In this document: one piece after another, positions 1 to 14,399 of the stretch
Layout: each line of letters starts with the position of its first letter
How positions within the stretch are numbered: the first letter of the stretch is position 1
Assembly: GCA_036172245.1 (NCBI GenBank)
Contig: JAYWIR010000004.1
Location: 6,448,001 to 6,512,000 of the forward strand
DNA: 64,000 bases
DNA from: Raillietiella orientalis
Lineage: Eukaryota
Reading direction: 5' to 3'
Position numbers and translations under genes: made by a program
The notes under the pieces: generated by a model
Told to the model about the DNA's origin: nothing
The model's database searches: none
Seen by the model: only the letters and a program-made list of their open reading frames with translations

Positions 1-496
1 TTCGAAACTTCCGAGTTTGCATCTTGGGGAGAAAAGCACGGCACAAACCTGGTGAGTAGAGCGTGAACCTTGCAAGTTCTCCAGGCGTTTCCATGAACAC
101 TTCCCAGTGTTTCCCACAACAGCAGCTGCTGGAAATATGCCCGTGTGTACCAGCGTTCTCAACGAGGATTCTTGGATACGAAATCTCCATAGTTTTGACT
201 CTGAGACAAAAAAGCTCACCTTGGTAAGTCCGATTCGAATGACTGAGATGAAAAATACGCGAAAACAAACACTTCATCGAATGGTGTCTCCAAACAGATC
301 CTCATTTCGCCAGGGAATCTCGAAAAAATGCTCCGCGTTTTTTGCATCCATCTTTCTTAAAGTCACTCGCAGAATCTGCGAAAAATTTGAAATTTTCCTT
401 TTGAGCAAGAAAACAACTTGTCACGAAAACATCTCGGAAACATCAACATCCATCGTGCAAAGTTAGCCGCGAGAGCTCAACATTTGCAGAGAAAAA

Positions 497-513
497 ACAC
501 ACACACACACACA
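497..513. repeat. (AC)n microsatellite
   Basis: acacacacacacacaca seen directly. Confidence 0.9.
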
Positions 514-3500
514 TAGTGCTACAAAGACGAATGTCAAATAAACGATTTGTCTAGAATTCTCAGGAATACCTCTCGCAAAACTCAAACGATTCGTAGTAGT
601 AAATCACAATCCCCCGTGATTTGACAGTAAATATTCGTCGGGAACAATGATTAGAACCCGCTTTTTTCTGCACAACTGTTAAAGTGTGGTGAATGCAGAT
701 GAAAAAAAAAAGTATCACGCAAAACAGCAATCCGCCTCAATACGATGATCAGCCGTCAAATTAATAAAGGCCAAGCCATGGCTTCGATTGATGATTACTT
801 CTCTGTGCGACAGTTTATTACTACTTCGATTTCCAAGGATGTGATGCCAAAATACACAGAAGGAATCCTGGGCAAAGCAGTTTCTCATCATCCACCGATT
901 TCCTGAATATTCTTGCGGCTAACTAACGTAGATGTCAGTCAAACCATTCGAATAACACAGTCTACAGTGCCTCAGCTGGAAACACACGCATGGGACCCAC
1001 GTATACCTATTTAATGAGGTCATTTGTCACCTCCTCCTTCTTTGAAATACTTATATCAGTAATAGTTTTGTAATTCTGATTGGAAAAAAAAAAAAGTGCT
1101 CAGAAAGGTTTTTTGCTTTGAATGAAGTTTTCATCGACTAATCCCTTTGGATAGGATCAGATACTGGAGATTTCCTGGACACAGTGCTATTCCAAACATT
1201 TCCCTCCGTTGCTTTTGTGTTCAACGAATCTTTCTGAAGTGTTACATATCCAATACAATAGATTTTCTTTTTTATTTTTCTCTCCTCCCTTTGTTTCCTA
1301 TTCAGTTTAAACTTCGCATTCCAGATCTTTTCTGATCTCAGATGAGAATGGAACTTCGAACTCGAAAGAAGAAAAAATCTCCATTTGATGTAACGTCACA
1401 AAAGCTTGGGAGTGAAATGAAACACAATAGAATCAAATGAAGAAAAAAAAAAAAACGAATATGAAAGTAAAAACATCAATTTATGAAAGATGTGTGCTCT
1501 CGTGTCTTGAAGCAACTACGTTTGAGTTCATTTGTCTTCAGTGCAATGCTGCGTCCGGTTTCGGGTCCAAGACTTATTCGCTTTCTGCGGCAGTAAGGAG
1601 GAGGATATTTTGTTCCAGTATTTCGCGGAGCGAGATGAATCTTACTGGAACCACACATTGAGCAAAAGTACCGGAGCATCATAAAGAAAGGAATCCTGCA
1701 GAATTCAAAATTACACACGTCTGAGTCCCTGAAGCAACGAATTTGGGGGGGAATTTTGTTTGTTTTTTTTTAGCAATTATGAAGGTTCTAAGATAAAGTT
1801 TCCGTTTCTTCAGGAAATAAATTATTTTTGCAATCATCATTAGTTCCGAATGCCTACTCAACTTGCTAACCCATTATCCCCCATTAATAACATCCTTCAT
1901 TTTACGATGAAGTGAGCATCATGTCCTCTGCAGCAGTTTTATATGTGTCGATTTCATGTCCCGCTTATCAACTGAAGTTCATTTCTTCCTTGGCGAGCCC
2001 CAAGAGATTTTCCGTATGTCTACATTCTCGAGTGCTGACACGTTTGATCTTATAAAGATGTGAGATGTGAAACGCGGACATTGAGGGCGATTCTCGGAAA
2101 TGTGCTTCCTTTCTGAATCGCCTGGATTTGATTCAACTCCAAATAAGAATAAATACATTTATACTTCGAAGCCACGTCGAAGGAGGGTGAAAGAAATCTG
2201 TAGAAGTGAATTTCTTTCTTCAACAAAAATTTAAGGCACGCATTCTCCTCACTGATTGACTCTTGGAACGGAAAACGGGTGTGAATTCCGTCGTAACGAA
2301 GAGGAATTGAAATGGAGAACTAAAACATAAGATCACTAGAATACTTGATCAGAATGGTTTCTAAGAAAAACGAAAAAGTGTATTTGAATTCTCCTTTGAT
2401 GCTTTAGCAGAAGTAAAATCCCTAAGCAGTGCCTTATAATACTGCAGCATTACCGAAGATGAAACAAGATCAAGGGATACTTTGGAAGGATCCTTAAAAG
2501 CATTCACCTCTAATTCGGTTGAATTAGGTACTCGAAAAAATTGAAGTAATTAAGGATAAGTTTCATTCATTTTAACAGACTGCTTATAAGAACGAGAATC
2601 TTCACCTACAGAGAGTGGGGAGGAAAAATGTTTATGAGGTAACCACAATAGTAACCACTCTTGAAATAACAGCAATAGAATGTGTTTTCTTGTTAAAAGG
2701 GAGCTCAAGAGTTCTGGGCCTGCAAACTGTGTTAGAATGTATTAAAAACCTGCAGCTTCCATTGTGCTCATTGCCTGCATTTTAAAGCGCAACACTCGGT
2801 ACAGAAACATTTTCCTCCATCTGTACCAAAATGTTTGAAGAATTGAACTTTCACTTTCGGCATGCTCACAGAGATATCAATTTATTCTATCTCCATCAAC
2901 CCATCAAGAAAAAGAGTAGAATCCGCGGAAATGCTTATTAGATTAGTAGGAGGCTTCCTTTCCTTACCATTTGTTTTAATTAGGCATGAAATCCTCAGTT
3001 GCGTCTTCTTCTTGACGTCGGTTATCACCCAAAAGGACTGACAGTTTCCCTGTCCTCTTGTATCTACTTTCTCTTCATATCTTTTAGGACTCTGAATCAA
3101 GCAATGCTCTCTCAAATGATGATTTATCTTGATTATTCGCGAACTAAGTGCAAGAGCAGCAGTATTGCATTAGATCTCGGAGAATGAAAATATCGCCGAA
3201 ACTCCAGGTAGTGAGAAAAATTGCGTTTTCATTGGACAATATATGGAAACACCATGAAAGCTTCCTGTTGGTCGCAAATTTCCGTGTCCAAATGACAGAC
3301 ATAACAGATGCCAGAATTGAAAAGTTTCAAAGTAACAAAACAAGTGTACATGCGAACGGAAATGCTGCACGAAAGGAAAAAAAAAAAATTCTTGCTGCAT
3401 TAAAGCAGTTCAGATGAGCATGAAACTTCCATCCAAATATCAGCTTGAATTCACTGCTATCCACCCAGAGCAGGTAATCACTAATAGGGCATCGGTCTTT

Positions 3501-5399
3501 TCTGTTGAAAGAAGACGCAGATGAGACAACGCAGCCAAATAGTATGCGAGCTGTAGATAGGGAAATGAATTCCGAAGACCAAAAAGGAAAGTCTTCAACT
3601 AAAAAAAAAAAGAAGACAAAAACAAAAAATCACTTATACGAGACAGCAACAAGTACACCAGGGAAGGGCATGCCGCTAACAGGTTAACACTAAGGTTGCA
3701 CAAAAGATGGGATTTGTCGTTCGGCATTGCGAGAAGCAAAACATCATGAGCTTGCAGACCATTCTTTCATAAGGATTATATCCAAATGGAAACGAACATT
3801 GCACTTCCGATCACATAAGAAGAAGGAATGTGCGTAGCTGCTTCCGAATTCCTGTGATCGGCGGAGAAAGGTTTCAGAAACCCTATTCTCTCTATTATAA
3901 AGAAGAACCGGTCATTTCGTCATCCGGAGAAAATAATGCATCATAAATTTTTGACTCTGACATTTCAACTTGAAGCAAATCATTTGCACTTCACTGAGAA
4001 GCGGAGGCAATCGAACAGAGAAAAAACAAAATCCCTAGATATCTTTTATCTTCTTTCTTCTAATTTTATAATAGTCCTCGGTGCAAATTTCATCTTGCCA
4101 CTGTCACAAAACGATCAGAATTTCAAAACAGCAGAAAGGATCATTCTACCAGTCCAAGTCCATGTTGCATATACATCCCCATTTTGAGCCATGGAATAGT
4201 ACGAAAAAGATTACAAGAGATGGATTAGGGAAATAGACTCGTGATCACAAAACGTCAAATCCTTCAGAACAGAGAAGATTTGGGAAATTAGAAAATAATC
4301 AAGAGAAAAAAGCAGTGACAAGGGGAACAAGATTTTGAAGCTAGATCAAATAAGGAGAGAGGAAAATGTTTTTGATTGAGCATAACAGCTGCAGCTCAAC
4401 TGGCAAGGAAGTGGAAATAAAAATCATGAATTCTGCGATACTTTCCTTGCTTTTGAGGCATCGAACACTTGCATCTCATGTCAGGACAAAGCAAAGCACG
4501 ACAAACACGACAAAGTATGGCAGGCTGTCATTTTTATGGGAAAAATTCGTTCTAAGGATACAGTCCTAAGAAGATTTGGCTTTGCACTCTTAGAAAAACT
4601 TCCAAGATTCCTCTGAATTATTACTGAAATAAATTCAAGAATTACTCTAAGGGGAACGCATGAAACTCAAGTTTGTTCTATTTTTCAATTGAAGGTTGAT
4701 GAGGAGATGAATTGTTTCGATTTTCGGTACAGATGAACCACAGAATTCAAGTAAAGCACAAGTACAAGGACATTTGAAGGCGCAAGTGCATTGGAAATTC
4801 AGAGAAAAAATCGAAAATAACATACAATGCTGCAGGGACACAAAGAAAACACACAGCAATTAAGCAAACATAATAGAACAGTTGTCTCCGATAAAGCAGA
4901 AGTGATAAAGTGAGAAGAAAGCAGCTGTATACTTGCATACAATTTTTTTTAGTCAGTCTAAAGAGACGAACATAAATCACTAAGGTATTTAATTCGAGTA
5001 ATCTGAAGTATGATTATTTTTTCGATTAATGATCTGCAATACGTAATTCTGCAGGTTGCTTTTCAGCGTGTTTGTTGATGAACTGCAGACTGCGAAATAA
5101 TCAGAAAAATTGTCTTTCAGATGCAGGGATGGTAAATATGATGAATATCCATCATCCCTGCATATTTTGAGGTAAATAGTCATCTGCACGGAATGTAAAA
5201 CCGAAGATAGCACAAGTATGCCAGAAGAAATAGAAAATGTAGTGGAACTCGAGAAACGGAAGAAAAATGAAAGGTCCAATGAACGAATAACCCAAAACTT
5301 CTAATTGGTAAGACAACATGGAAAAAAACAAAAAGAAACATGCTGATCTTTCCCTTCCGACTCAACCCTTGACGAGATCCTGAATCTGCGTTCCGGTAC

Positions 5400-6200
5400 C
5401 CGTCACCAGGGAATGGAGCAGCGGTACAATCCTTCCCATCGAGTAATCAAGAGCGACCAATGCGATCAGAAGAATAAGCGGACAGGATTGAGAATCTGCG
5501 AGTTTCTCCGCTCAGCGGTCATCACGGTTTCTTGCCGAAAATCATGAACCAACGTGAGCATCTGAGGGTGTCTCGCAAAGTTAGTTCTGCACAAGCAGCT
5601 TGACAAATGACACACAGGGGTAAATGACTGTTTTCGGAGAGGGCCGTCTCAGCCCAAAGATTTCCTCTTCACCAGTAGAGCTTGTCACCAAGTCCTCTAG
5701 CCCAATTCGGCTTCGCTCGGAAATACAAATTCTAGACGACTGCGAGAACTTAGCATGAACATCCGATATGGATCTCGCAGGCTGAGGATCCAAGTGAAGA
5801 AACCAGGATGTGAAGAGATTGTTTTTAACAGAACTGCTTGTTTGCTAAGAGTATTACCACAAAGGACCATTTGGAGACATGAGAACACATCAGAGGCTTG
5901 GGGAAAATGCTGGATCTGAGCGTGCTCCTATAGCAACGTATTAAAAGAAAATTTGCTGAAGCATAGAATGGGACATCTCAGAATTGATGCGGCTACTATG
6001 TGAGCAAAAGTCGCATCTATCTAGGGAACAGGACAGATCGTGAGACTCATCTGTAGTTCATCCTTTGAGATGGTCTCAAGGAATGAACTGCAGATACAGC
6101 GACACGTTGCCTGGCCGATTCCAGCATACAGCTAGAGATACTTTCGGAGTCTCTGGGATGGATTATGACTTCTTGCTGACCAGCGACTCGAGGTTTCCGT
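5400..6200 (-). pseudogene. Degenerate BTB-BACK remnant
   Basis: Minus-strand fragments across frameshifts, in canonical order: RVAGQQEVIIH (BTB start), ASANFLLI, SCLQMVLCGNTLSKQAVLLKTISSHPGFF (BACK start), EDLVTSSTGEEEIFG (E-x-x-VF), VHDFRQ...QILNPVRLFF (BACK end). Confidence 0.6.
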
Positions 6201-7049
6201 TATGCTGGTCCATGTTCTTTGTCTTTATTTTGCCACTTCATTTCCAACTCTTACTCTCGTTTCAGATTTGCCTTTTTAAAAACAGCTGACTGTAGTTCTT
6301 TAGAAACTCAAGAAATGCTCTGAAATGCCTTCTTACTATGAATTTTGCTATCTTCACAACAATAATTTGTCAGCAGAATATGAAGATTAGGAAATCTAAA
6401 GAACGTGGATCCGGGAGCTGTTTGTGCTTGTTGTTGTTGTAGAAACCCTTCCATTCTATTCGTTTTCCAAGTATTGTTTTGTAGAAGCGCATTGACCTGC
6501 CCGTTCGAAGATCGCCATTTTCAAAATAGTCATTCTTCTCCCTAATTGGTACAGTTCTGTATAATGATTCCCGAATTAAGTGATTAAACCAGTCATCTAT
6601 TCAGTTTCCAAAACAATCTGGACTCTGCTTGCTAAATAGCAAGTAGAGAGAGGTCTTCGATTGTCTTTACAAAGAACGATTAATAAAGCATGTTGAAGGT
6701 CTTCTTTCATTTATCTTCATGCTTGCAGATGTATATCAGAGTGCCAGAAATGCACAGACGACATGGAAAAAGTCAGGAAGGATACATACGAACTGAAAAT
6801 GGAAGTTTGAACAGCATTTTATCTATGGGAGTTATTTCCAGAAGAAAAACAAGATACGTTTTTAAAAAAAAAACAAAAACAAAAGTCCGATTCCTCTGAT
6901 AAATTGTGAATTACACGATGAAAAGTAAAGAGGCGATCGGCCAGCCGTGAGAATGAGTAGCACGATCGTTTAGTACTGATAAGAGAATTCTGATGGTAGT
7001 GTGAACCAACAGAAATTCAACCTTCCCTTAGATTTGATAGCGCTTTATT

Positions 7050-7383
7050 GGTTCTTTCTTAACCACGGTTCTGGAGGTTAACCAGAATTTCCCCCGACCT
7101 CTTGGGAAACGTTTTGCGACGGCCCCAAGGATCCCGGTGGGCTGCCCCACAAGCACTTCGTACATGCTGCACTTCCTCCAGCTGCGTCCTTGTTGTCTGC
7201 TGTCTTCATGGGGCAGTGGCAGCCAGGAACGCTTCAAGAATGGGCCAGAACGGAAGGGACGCCATCCACTGGGAGAAGCTCTCCAAGAAGATCGCGACGA
7301 GACGGCCTCAATTTGAGAATATTCGGATGGAACTTGCTGGCATTTTTGAAAAGTTGCAGATGAAGCCAAACAACGGGCTGTGA
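7050..7383 (+). mobile_element. L1/Tx1-like ORF2 C-terminal fragment (copy A)
   Basis: ORF 7102-7383 (SSCVLVVCCLHGAVAA...DAIHW) aligns with the ORF2 C-terminus at 29262-29711 (AALAALCCTRGIVATW...DVIPH). Confidence 0.75.
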
Positions 7384-7564
7384 TACTTCCCGAACCCCTC
7401 CAAGAAATTTCGGGTATTCATTTCTATTTTTTGTTTTGTTTGTCTCCTCTCTTTCTTTGCCGAGGCCGACCTCGCAGGTACCGTCATCCCGGCAGGTTTC
7501 GTGTTCTTTGAACATGGTAGGACCGATAGTCCTACCGCTGCCTCTTGTATTTTTACAAGAAACC
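7381..7564 (+). repeat. Conserved ORF2/ORF3 spacer (copy A)
   Basis: TGATACTTCCC, U-rich tract, stem TGCCG/CGGCA around ACC-TCGCA-GGT, GCAGGTT, perfect 8-bp hairpin GGTAGGAC/GTCCTACC (7516-7536), then AAGAA|ACC. Confidence 0.8.
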
Positions 7565-7932
7565 CCCCGTCTTGACCGGGTGATAAACTAGGATGTCAAA
7601 ATCAAGCGTCCGCTCTGCTACACAAATACTGCTGCTGAAACCTTCAGCTTCTCTGGAGTCCTTGACTCTATGGGACAGCTCTGGGAACTTAACGAGGAAA
7701 GCTAAGATTACTTCCTGAAAGTTTTCAAAAATTGGCATGGGTGGTTGGAATGAAGTTTGCTTTTCAAACGCGAACGGTCTTTTTTTTGTTTGATATTCAT
7801 CTTTCACTCCATTTTTTTTTTCTTTTTCCTTCTTTTGATTCTTGAAAACTCTTTTAGAAAGGGTTCTGGCTTTCCTTGGCACTTGCGTAACTCCAAATAG
7901 GGCAAAACCCGCAGATTTTTCGAGGAGGTTGT

Positions 7933-7957
7933 AAAAAAAAAAAAAAAAAAAAAAAAA
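7933..7957 (+). repeat. A25 homopolymer
   Basis: 25 consecutive A. Confidence 0.9.
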
Positions 7958-10900
7958 CTTTCACTCAGCCAGTCTGCGTTTGCGAAGGGGAACAGCCATT
8001 TCGTGTCGGGCAGACTTCGGCTGCGATGTCCCCTTTGAGACTTCGGAACAACACATCCACGAGGAAAGAGAAATTCCGAAGTGGCGGAATGTTCTTCAAG
8101 TGGGGTGGTTGTGAGCAGGGATGCTGAAGCGAGACAGATCCAATGGCCACCTCATTGGATTTTGCGACGCAGGGTTTGCAGCAGTCGTCAACCCCTCAGC
8201 AACAGCACGGTGCCTCGGATATACCAATTAAGGTGCACTGGCAAAAGGCTGCTCCGCGTTGGCATATAAGGTAGCGTACGCTGACTTATCTATTTCATCC
8301 ACTGTTTGATTTTTAGATGTTCGCGTTCTTTCCAGCCAACTTTTTTCTAGAATGTTTGCTTACGGCGAATTCAAATTCCCAGCTGTTGCTGTTTTTCATT
8401 CCAGCGAATTCTTTGGTTCCTTTGCGATTCACTCAAAGTTTGCATGACGAAGCGCGTCGGGCGAAAGAAATCCTTCGACCTTCTGCGAAATCACGCCAGC
8501 AGCTTGGTTTCGAAATGGCCTAGCCCGCAGTGATCTGGCGATGGCTTCCCACGCAATCCGCAAGATCCTCTCTCCCCGCTCTTAGTAGCACCTAACCCGG
8601 CTTCGCCCGCGGGAGTGAGGACCGCGGGCCGCTCCAAGCGCGTGGTAAACGAAAAGTCATCGTCCAGCTACAAACCGCGTATGTGACCGTGATCTCGCGC
8701 TGGAAGGACTCCAACTTCTCTCTGGAACTGTGATCAGAGTTTTCTGGATTCAATCAAACAGAGCACGTAAAATGATCCGTTTGCATCATCGCGTAGTGGT
8801 TCCAACGATGGCTAGGAAAAAAAGATTTTGAGCGATTTAAATAGCGCTTCTCTCCCTCCTTCCCTCATATGGAAAATTTATGACTCTTAGGAGACTGCCA
8901 AAAGTAGAAGCGGCTCGCATCCGGTGAATTTTCCATTGGAAGTAAATTGTTTGATCCCAAAGTTCAGAAAATAGGTTTGGGCTCATTTAACTGGAGCCCG
9001 TGTCGGAGGCCCATGCGTATTAAGTTGGGGTTGGACTCCTATGCAGATTACCGCACGGCTTCCGCGCCTCTCTTTAAGGCGCAGGATTTTTCAGGAAGCT
9101 TCGTTAATTGATACGACTGATGGATGTATTCGTGGCCGTGGGTCACTGTGCAAGGCACGGCAAGCTGCAAACAAACCGCCAGCTAAAGAAGCCGAAGGAA
9201 GCCGATTTTAAGATGCGCTCCTTGATTCGGTTCTTGCGCCTCCGGAGCGTTCCGTTAAAATAGGTTTCCAGGGAAACGTCCTGAGATGAACATCGTTTGG
9301 GAAGGGTGCGAAGAAATGAGCAGCTCCATAATGAGATTTTCAGGCCAAGAACCATCGAAAGTTCGAAAGCTCAGTAGCTCTTTTTCCCTGTTGCGCACAC
9401 ATTCGTTTTTTAGTACTGGCATTATCGAAACCAATGGCAATGGCCGCATGCAGAGGCTGACAGATTGTAGCAGGTGATCAACAGTTTGTGTTTTCAGAAG
9501 GAGAAAAGAAAGAAAAACAAAAACAAAAAACGAATGCTATGAGCCTCGATTTTGACCACAAGAGCAACTTATACGCTTGCAGTGAGAATCTCGAATGTAT
9601 TGATGAAGAATGACTTGCTCATGCTTCCCTCCCATTAATCGTGACCTACTAATTAGCATGCCATTAAATAACACCTCACATGTCGGTCAATAATTGAACA
9701 GCAATGTTTTAAAGATTAGAGGGGCAGTGGAGTAGCTTCAAGATGATTGATGGTAATTTCGAGGGTCTGATAACAGGCACACGGAGTTTTTGTCCCTTTG
9801 ATGATGATCGCAATGGGTTCACAACGGAGGCAGCCTGTTTCTTGTAGTGACACTCGATCTGCGTTGACGTGCGCCTCTACGGTCATAATAAATCAAGCAT
9901 TTCCTCTTGAGAAAGCTTGCGTCGGGAAAAGTCAGCGAGATGCTCAAACTCAGAATTCGGATTTTACTCGGCCTAGGTCCGGCAGGAAGTACGGAAACTG
10001 GTAACAAAGGGTTCCGTAAGAGAAGTGACCAGCACTGTGCATCCTTTCTAAAATTTAGCCAGAGCAATCAAATATTGAATCGAATGGCAGCTCTGTCAGC
10101 TGCCCTGAGGATGACTTTTTACTGTTGATGATACCATCCGTCGCACAATCCGTTTCTTTTTCCTCTTTTTCTTTCTTGTGCCACAGCACAGAAAACAGCT
10201 CTCGATGCTCATTAATATTTGTGTGCATCTCTTCCTCTTTATTATTGCTGTTGTTGTCGTGACTGTTTCACTGTGGAGTCACCCATGGACTATTCTAGAG
10301 CTTTAATTCTTGCCAATGTACTAAAGCAGGATACAACAAGTGGAAACTGGAACTCACCATTTTAGGTGGAACCACCTGAAGTTTCGTCCTGGATAAAAAG
10401 AACAAGCCATGTACCCTTTCCTCCAGCTGGACAGAAAGGAATGAGGCTGCCTTATTACTTCTGCGAGAACCCTGACCCTATTTCTTTGCATTTCATTCCC
10501 AGTCACTCCCGAAAAACCACAGTTGTTCGAGTCTCCTTCTTCACTATAAAGGAACATCTCAGAGTGTTCTGTGTTCTCAGTGAAAATAAGGAAAGCCTCT
10601 GAGTTCTTCCAGTTAATTTTTCAACCCTCAATCCTGCTCTTAGCTGAAGAGGTGAAGAGCGACTGGAATTTTTTCCGTCGCAATCTAGCGGAACGCTGAT
10701 TACTGACGAATGCTGCACTTCGGTGCATTTAAGGAAGAAAGCCTTCAACATAAAAGGGCACTGATCAGTCCGCTTAAAGTATAATTTATGGAGTCCTGTA
10801 TCTGAAAGTATCTAACACGATCATAAATCATCTGCGTTAGAAGAACTAGACCACCACGAACAGGAACTTTTCGATTAATAAAATTTCCAATCTTCCGAGA

Positions 10901-11749
10901 AAATGAAGACAATTCAGAAACCGAACTCGAAATCACGATTCCACCGTGGCGTTAGGTGGGCATTCTATGACCTGAGACGCGTTATTTTTTCACCCGCTTG
11001 CAGGATTTCCTTGCCCAAACGCTTGTGAAGCCTTTTAATTCCCGATTCGGCCAACTTTCCTGTCCCGACCCGTTCCAGCGCGTCACGAATTGTTTTCTCA
11101 TTCCAAACATCGAGACGTGTGTTGCAAAGGAATGGAGCAAATCGATAGGTGAGCGGAAAGCGGAATGGCTGCGATTTATTACACATGTGAACCCGTTTGC
11201 ACATCTCGACTTCTGGATGAGAAATCGCAAGGTCTCCATCATGGGGCTATGGGGTGAGACGAAAGTCAACTCAGTGACTTTGATGCCTTTCAGAAGAATG
11301 CGCGAAGCAGCTGGAGTTCTTCCCTGTGATCCATCTGGCCCACAGAAGGAATTTTCCGCATGTCTTTCAGCTCAAAATCCTCATGCACCTTCGACCTGTT
11401 CAAGGTTCAAGTCGGAAGAGTTTCGTAAACTCTCGGAGACGCAGCGCGCTCAGGACAGCTGATACCAAAACACGGAATTCCATTATTACCCTAGATGTTG
11501 TGGCTACTGTCAGGTCTCAAAGGACGGTAGGAGACCGCGGGCCAGCTGGCATTCCCTGATGCTGAAGTCGTCAGGATTCCAATCCAATTACCCCAGTTCC
11601 GGAGAGACTGATCTTCCGCTTTTGTTTCTCCAATGGCTTTCTCCAATTCTACTTCCTCACTTGCATCGTATGATCTCTCATGTGAGGGCCTCTAGAAGTT
11701 TCCGTTGCTGTGCAGGCAGCCATCTCTTTCAAATACGTGGGCGAAGAAT

Positions 11750-12910
11750 ATTGGAAGAATTATGATCTTTTCGATTACTTGTCCGTATTTCTGTACGGGC
11801 AAGAAATGGGATGCCGGCTGATCATCAAGGAGACAGCAGAAGAATTCGGTTTTTGATTAACAAAAGGTACAGCCGTTTTCAGAAGCATGCATCTTCAATC
11901 TTCAAAACATTTTTCACTTCCCTTTCCGAGAACTTCTTTCCGAACCACCGAGATGGGCAGTTTGAACTTCGCAGCTGCTTCTCTTGCTGACAACACACGG
12001 ACACGTCGATCGTTGAGGAGGAAAAAGTGTTTGGAATTTCAGAGATGCACTCACCCAATCCCTCCTTTCCTTGCCATGACTACATGCAGTAACTGAATTT
12101 CGACGTGATCTTAAGGAGCCTCTTTGTGTAATGATTTGTTTCTTCTGCTGACACTTTCCTTACGAAATCCTTGATACATTCTTCACGTGAAGTATTCTTC
12201 GTCAACCGTTTAGAAAAATCCCAAGTGCCTATGGATTTCAGAGTGTTCCTAGCAAGAACATGCAAGCCAATTCCGTGAATTCATGAGTGGATTTTTTTTT
12301 TTTTTCAGAGTGAATGGAAAAAGTTGCGATCATGAGCGAAAGAAAAATTTTGCCTTGCTTCAGGGTGGATTTCCTCGGTCTGATTAACAGTCCACTAACA
12401 GAAAGAGGGTACGTACTGATGAAGCGATGAATGGACGTTTGCTTGAAGATTATCTGGTTCCCCGCGTCCAAACGTGGACCTTCTCTTTGTTTATTCAGAG
12501 CACATCCACAATGCCTTTATCCGTTTGCATTTCCAACTAGCTCGAAGCTGCTCCGTGTAACGATGTGAATCTTTCTGCAGTTCTTTTACAAACACTTCCC
12601 TGCACTGTTTTTTGACCGATTCTGCATTGGACTTGGTCAAGGAAACCGAACGGTAGCAGCATCTCTGGCCTTCCATCCATACGATCAGCTGCGGTGTAAA
12701 AATCAACTTAAGGAAGAATGTGCAGTGCGCAAACGCTTAGTTCTGTCATATCCCTCTCGGTCGAATATTCCGTTGCTGCTGAGAGCGACAAGGATGAAGT
12801 GAACGGAGAAGATGTGGCAAGAATTCTACGAAAAGATTTGTGTTTTGTTTTTTTCTTTCTTTTAAACAAGGTGATGGCGCTTCATATCGAATCACAGAGC
12901 ATTGGCTGAG
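11750..12910 (-). pseudogene. Degenerate BTB-BACK remnant (possible Kelch-like continuation to ~10350)
   Basis: In frame MLCDSI*...HKSFRRILATSSPF...LHILP*VDFYTA...FLDQVQ, then ESVKKQCREVFVKEL and BACK-like GKIFLSLM. Confidence 0.7.
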
Positions 12911-13363
12911 TTGTAAAAGAAGCGGTTGGAGAAACTCATCGTTTGGAAAATCAATAATTTGACCACCGATACATGGATGCATACACATGTGTCGTTAAAG
13001 GCACCTGGTAGTATGTTTATCTTGCATCCATTTCTTCTCAGTGCTCGAATATTTTCTTTCTTATTTTCCCGATTCTCTTCCGTTTCCTCCGTTTCGTTCC
13101 CTCTCATCGAGAACCGTCTTTTAGTGCGGTTGTTTTGTAGGCGAGAAAAACACACGCCCTTTCCTCATCGAATTCCCCATCGGCGTGCACAGCAGGTTCG
13201 CGATTGGGCGTATCGTCTTGGATCCAAATAAATTGGAAAGTCTACTTCCAAATATACGCTTCCAGCATACATGGAAGGATAGGAAGGACGCCATCACGGG
13301 AAATGGGAGCTGCTGGCATAGACCGTTTCTAAGATCCCCCCCCCCCCGTTCGTGATTGGAATA

Positions 13364-14350
13364 AATCGATTATCCAGGTGTGATGAAGTGGCTGCTAGCT
13401 CATCTCCAAGGTAAATCAAAGATATTTTTTCCGACAGGATTTGCCGGTTTGTCGTTAAAGCAACCAGCATCTTTCGCAAGGAGCTCACGCGTAACTGGCA
13501 AAAATTCACGACTCTACGAACGGGTATTTTGTCAGAATGATCGAAGCTACCGTTCCATTTGATGAGCGAGGCACCTACCGTCGCTCTTTTCCCAATGTTT
13601 GTTTTCCACGGACGCATATTCCCTCTAGGGAAACGTGCTCCTCCTAACACCAACGCTGTCTACGCCAGCCTCTCAACTCACGCAGAACTCCTTGCAGGTT
13701 CCCATGAATTTCTGGGATGCCATCTTGCCGTCGGGCGCAGCCTCTCTGGTCCTTGGCCAAATCGTGTATCCGTGCGTGTTCAGGAGGCAGTGTCGGCACG
13801 AAATGCAACCTCATGGAGTGAGAGACCGGAAGGGTGAGTGCGGTCCAGATGTAGTAGGCACGGGCACCTTCTTTTGTGTTCGTGCGCATCTTCCTCCGTT
13901 CCTTACGGTTGCGAAAACACAAATGCTTCGGCGTGTGTGCCAGGAAAAGGTCAAGAGACACGCGATTCAGTCGGCGAGAAATTTTCTAAAACATCCGCCT
14001 TACTAAGTGATCACAGAGACCATTCGGATAACAGTCACTCTTCCGGAGGAATCAGGCATTTGTCGCGGCGGGCAGCACGCTTTCGGGAGTCAGCAGGGCG
14101 AGGCTGCTAATTCCTTACCTCCTCGCCCATCAGTGGTGTTCTCGGTTTGCTTGCTGCTGAGACCTGAGACCCCTTCCTTCGTCGAAAGACGCAAGGGATA
14201 GTGTAATCCCGGCAAGGTGAAAAGTGACTTGCTGCCTAGCAGCAAAAACAAAAAGGGCTTGGACAACTCGGGAAGTGACGGATGCTGCGATCCCGAGTGT
14301 CCCACCCCACGGACTTGCACTCTGGAGACTACTAACACAAATTCCTCTGG
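13364..14350 (+). pseudogene. ORF3 remnant: leader + BTB-BACK
   Basis: Starts at AATAA|ATC; FVFHGRIFPLG..VLL, NFWDAILPSGAASLVLGQIVY, FLTVAKTQMLRRVCQEKV. Confidence 0.6.
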
Positions 14351-14399
14351 AGGAGGTGAGGTGGTCCCCAGAGTTCTGCAACAGTTAAACCCTCCCACT

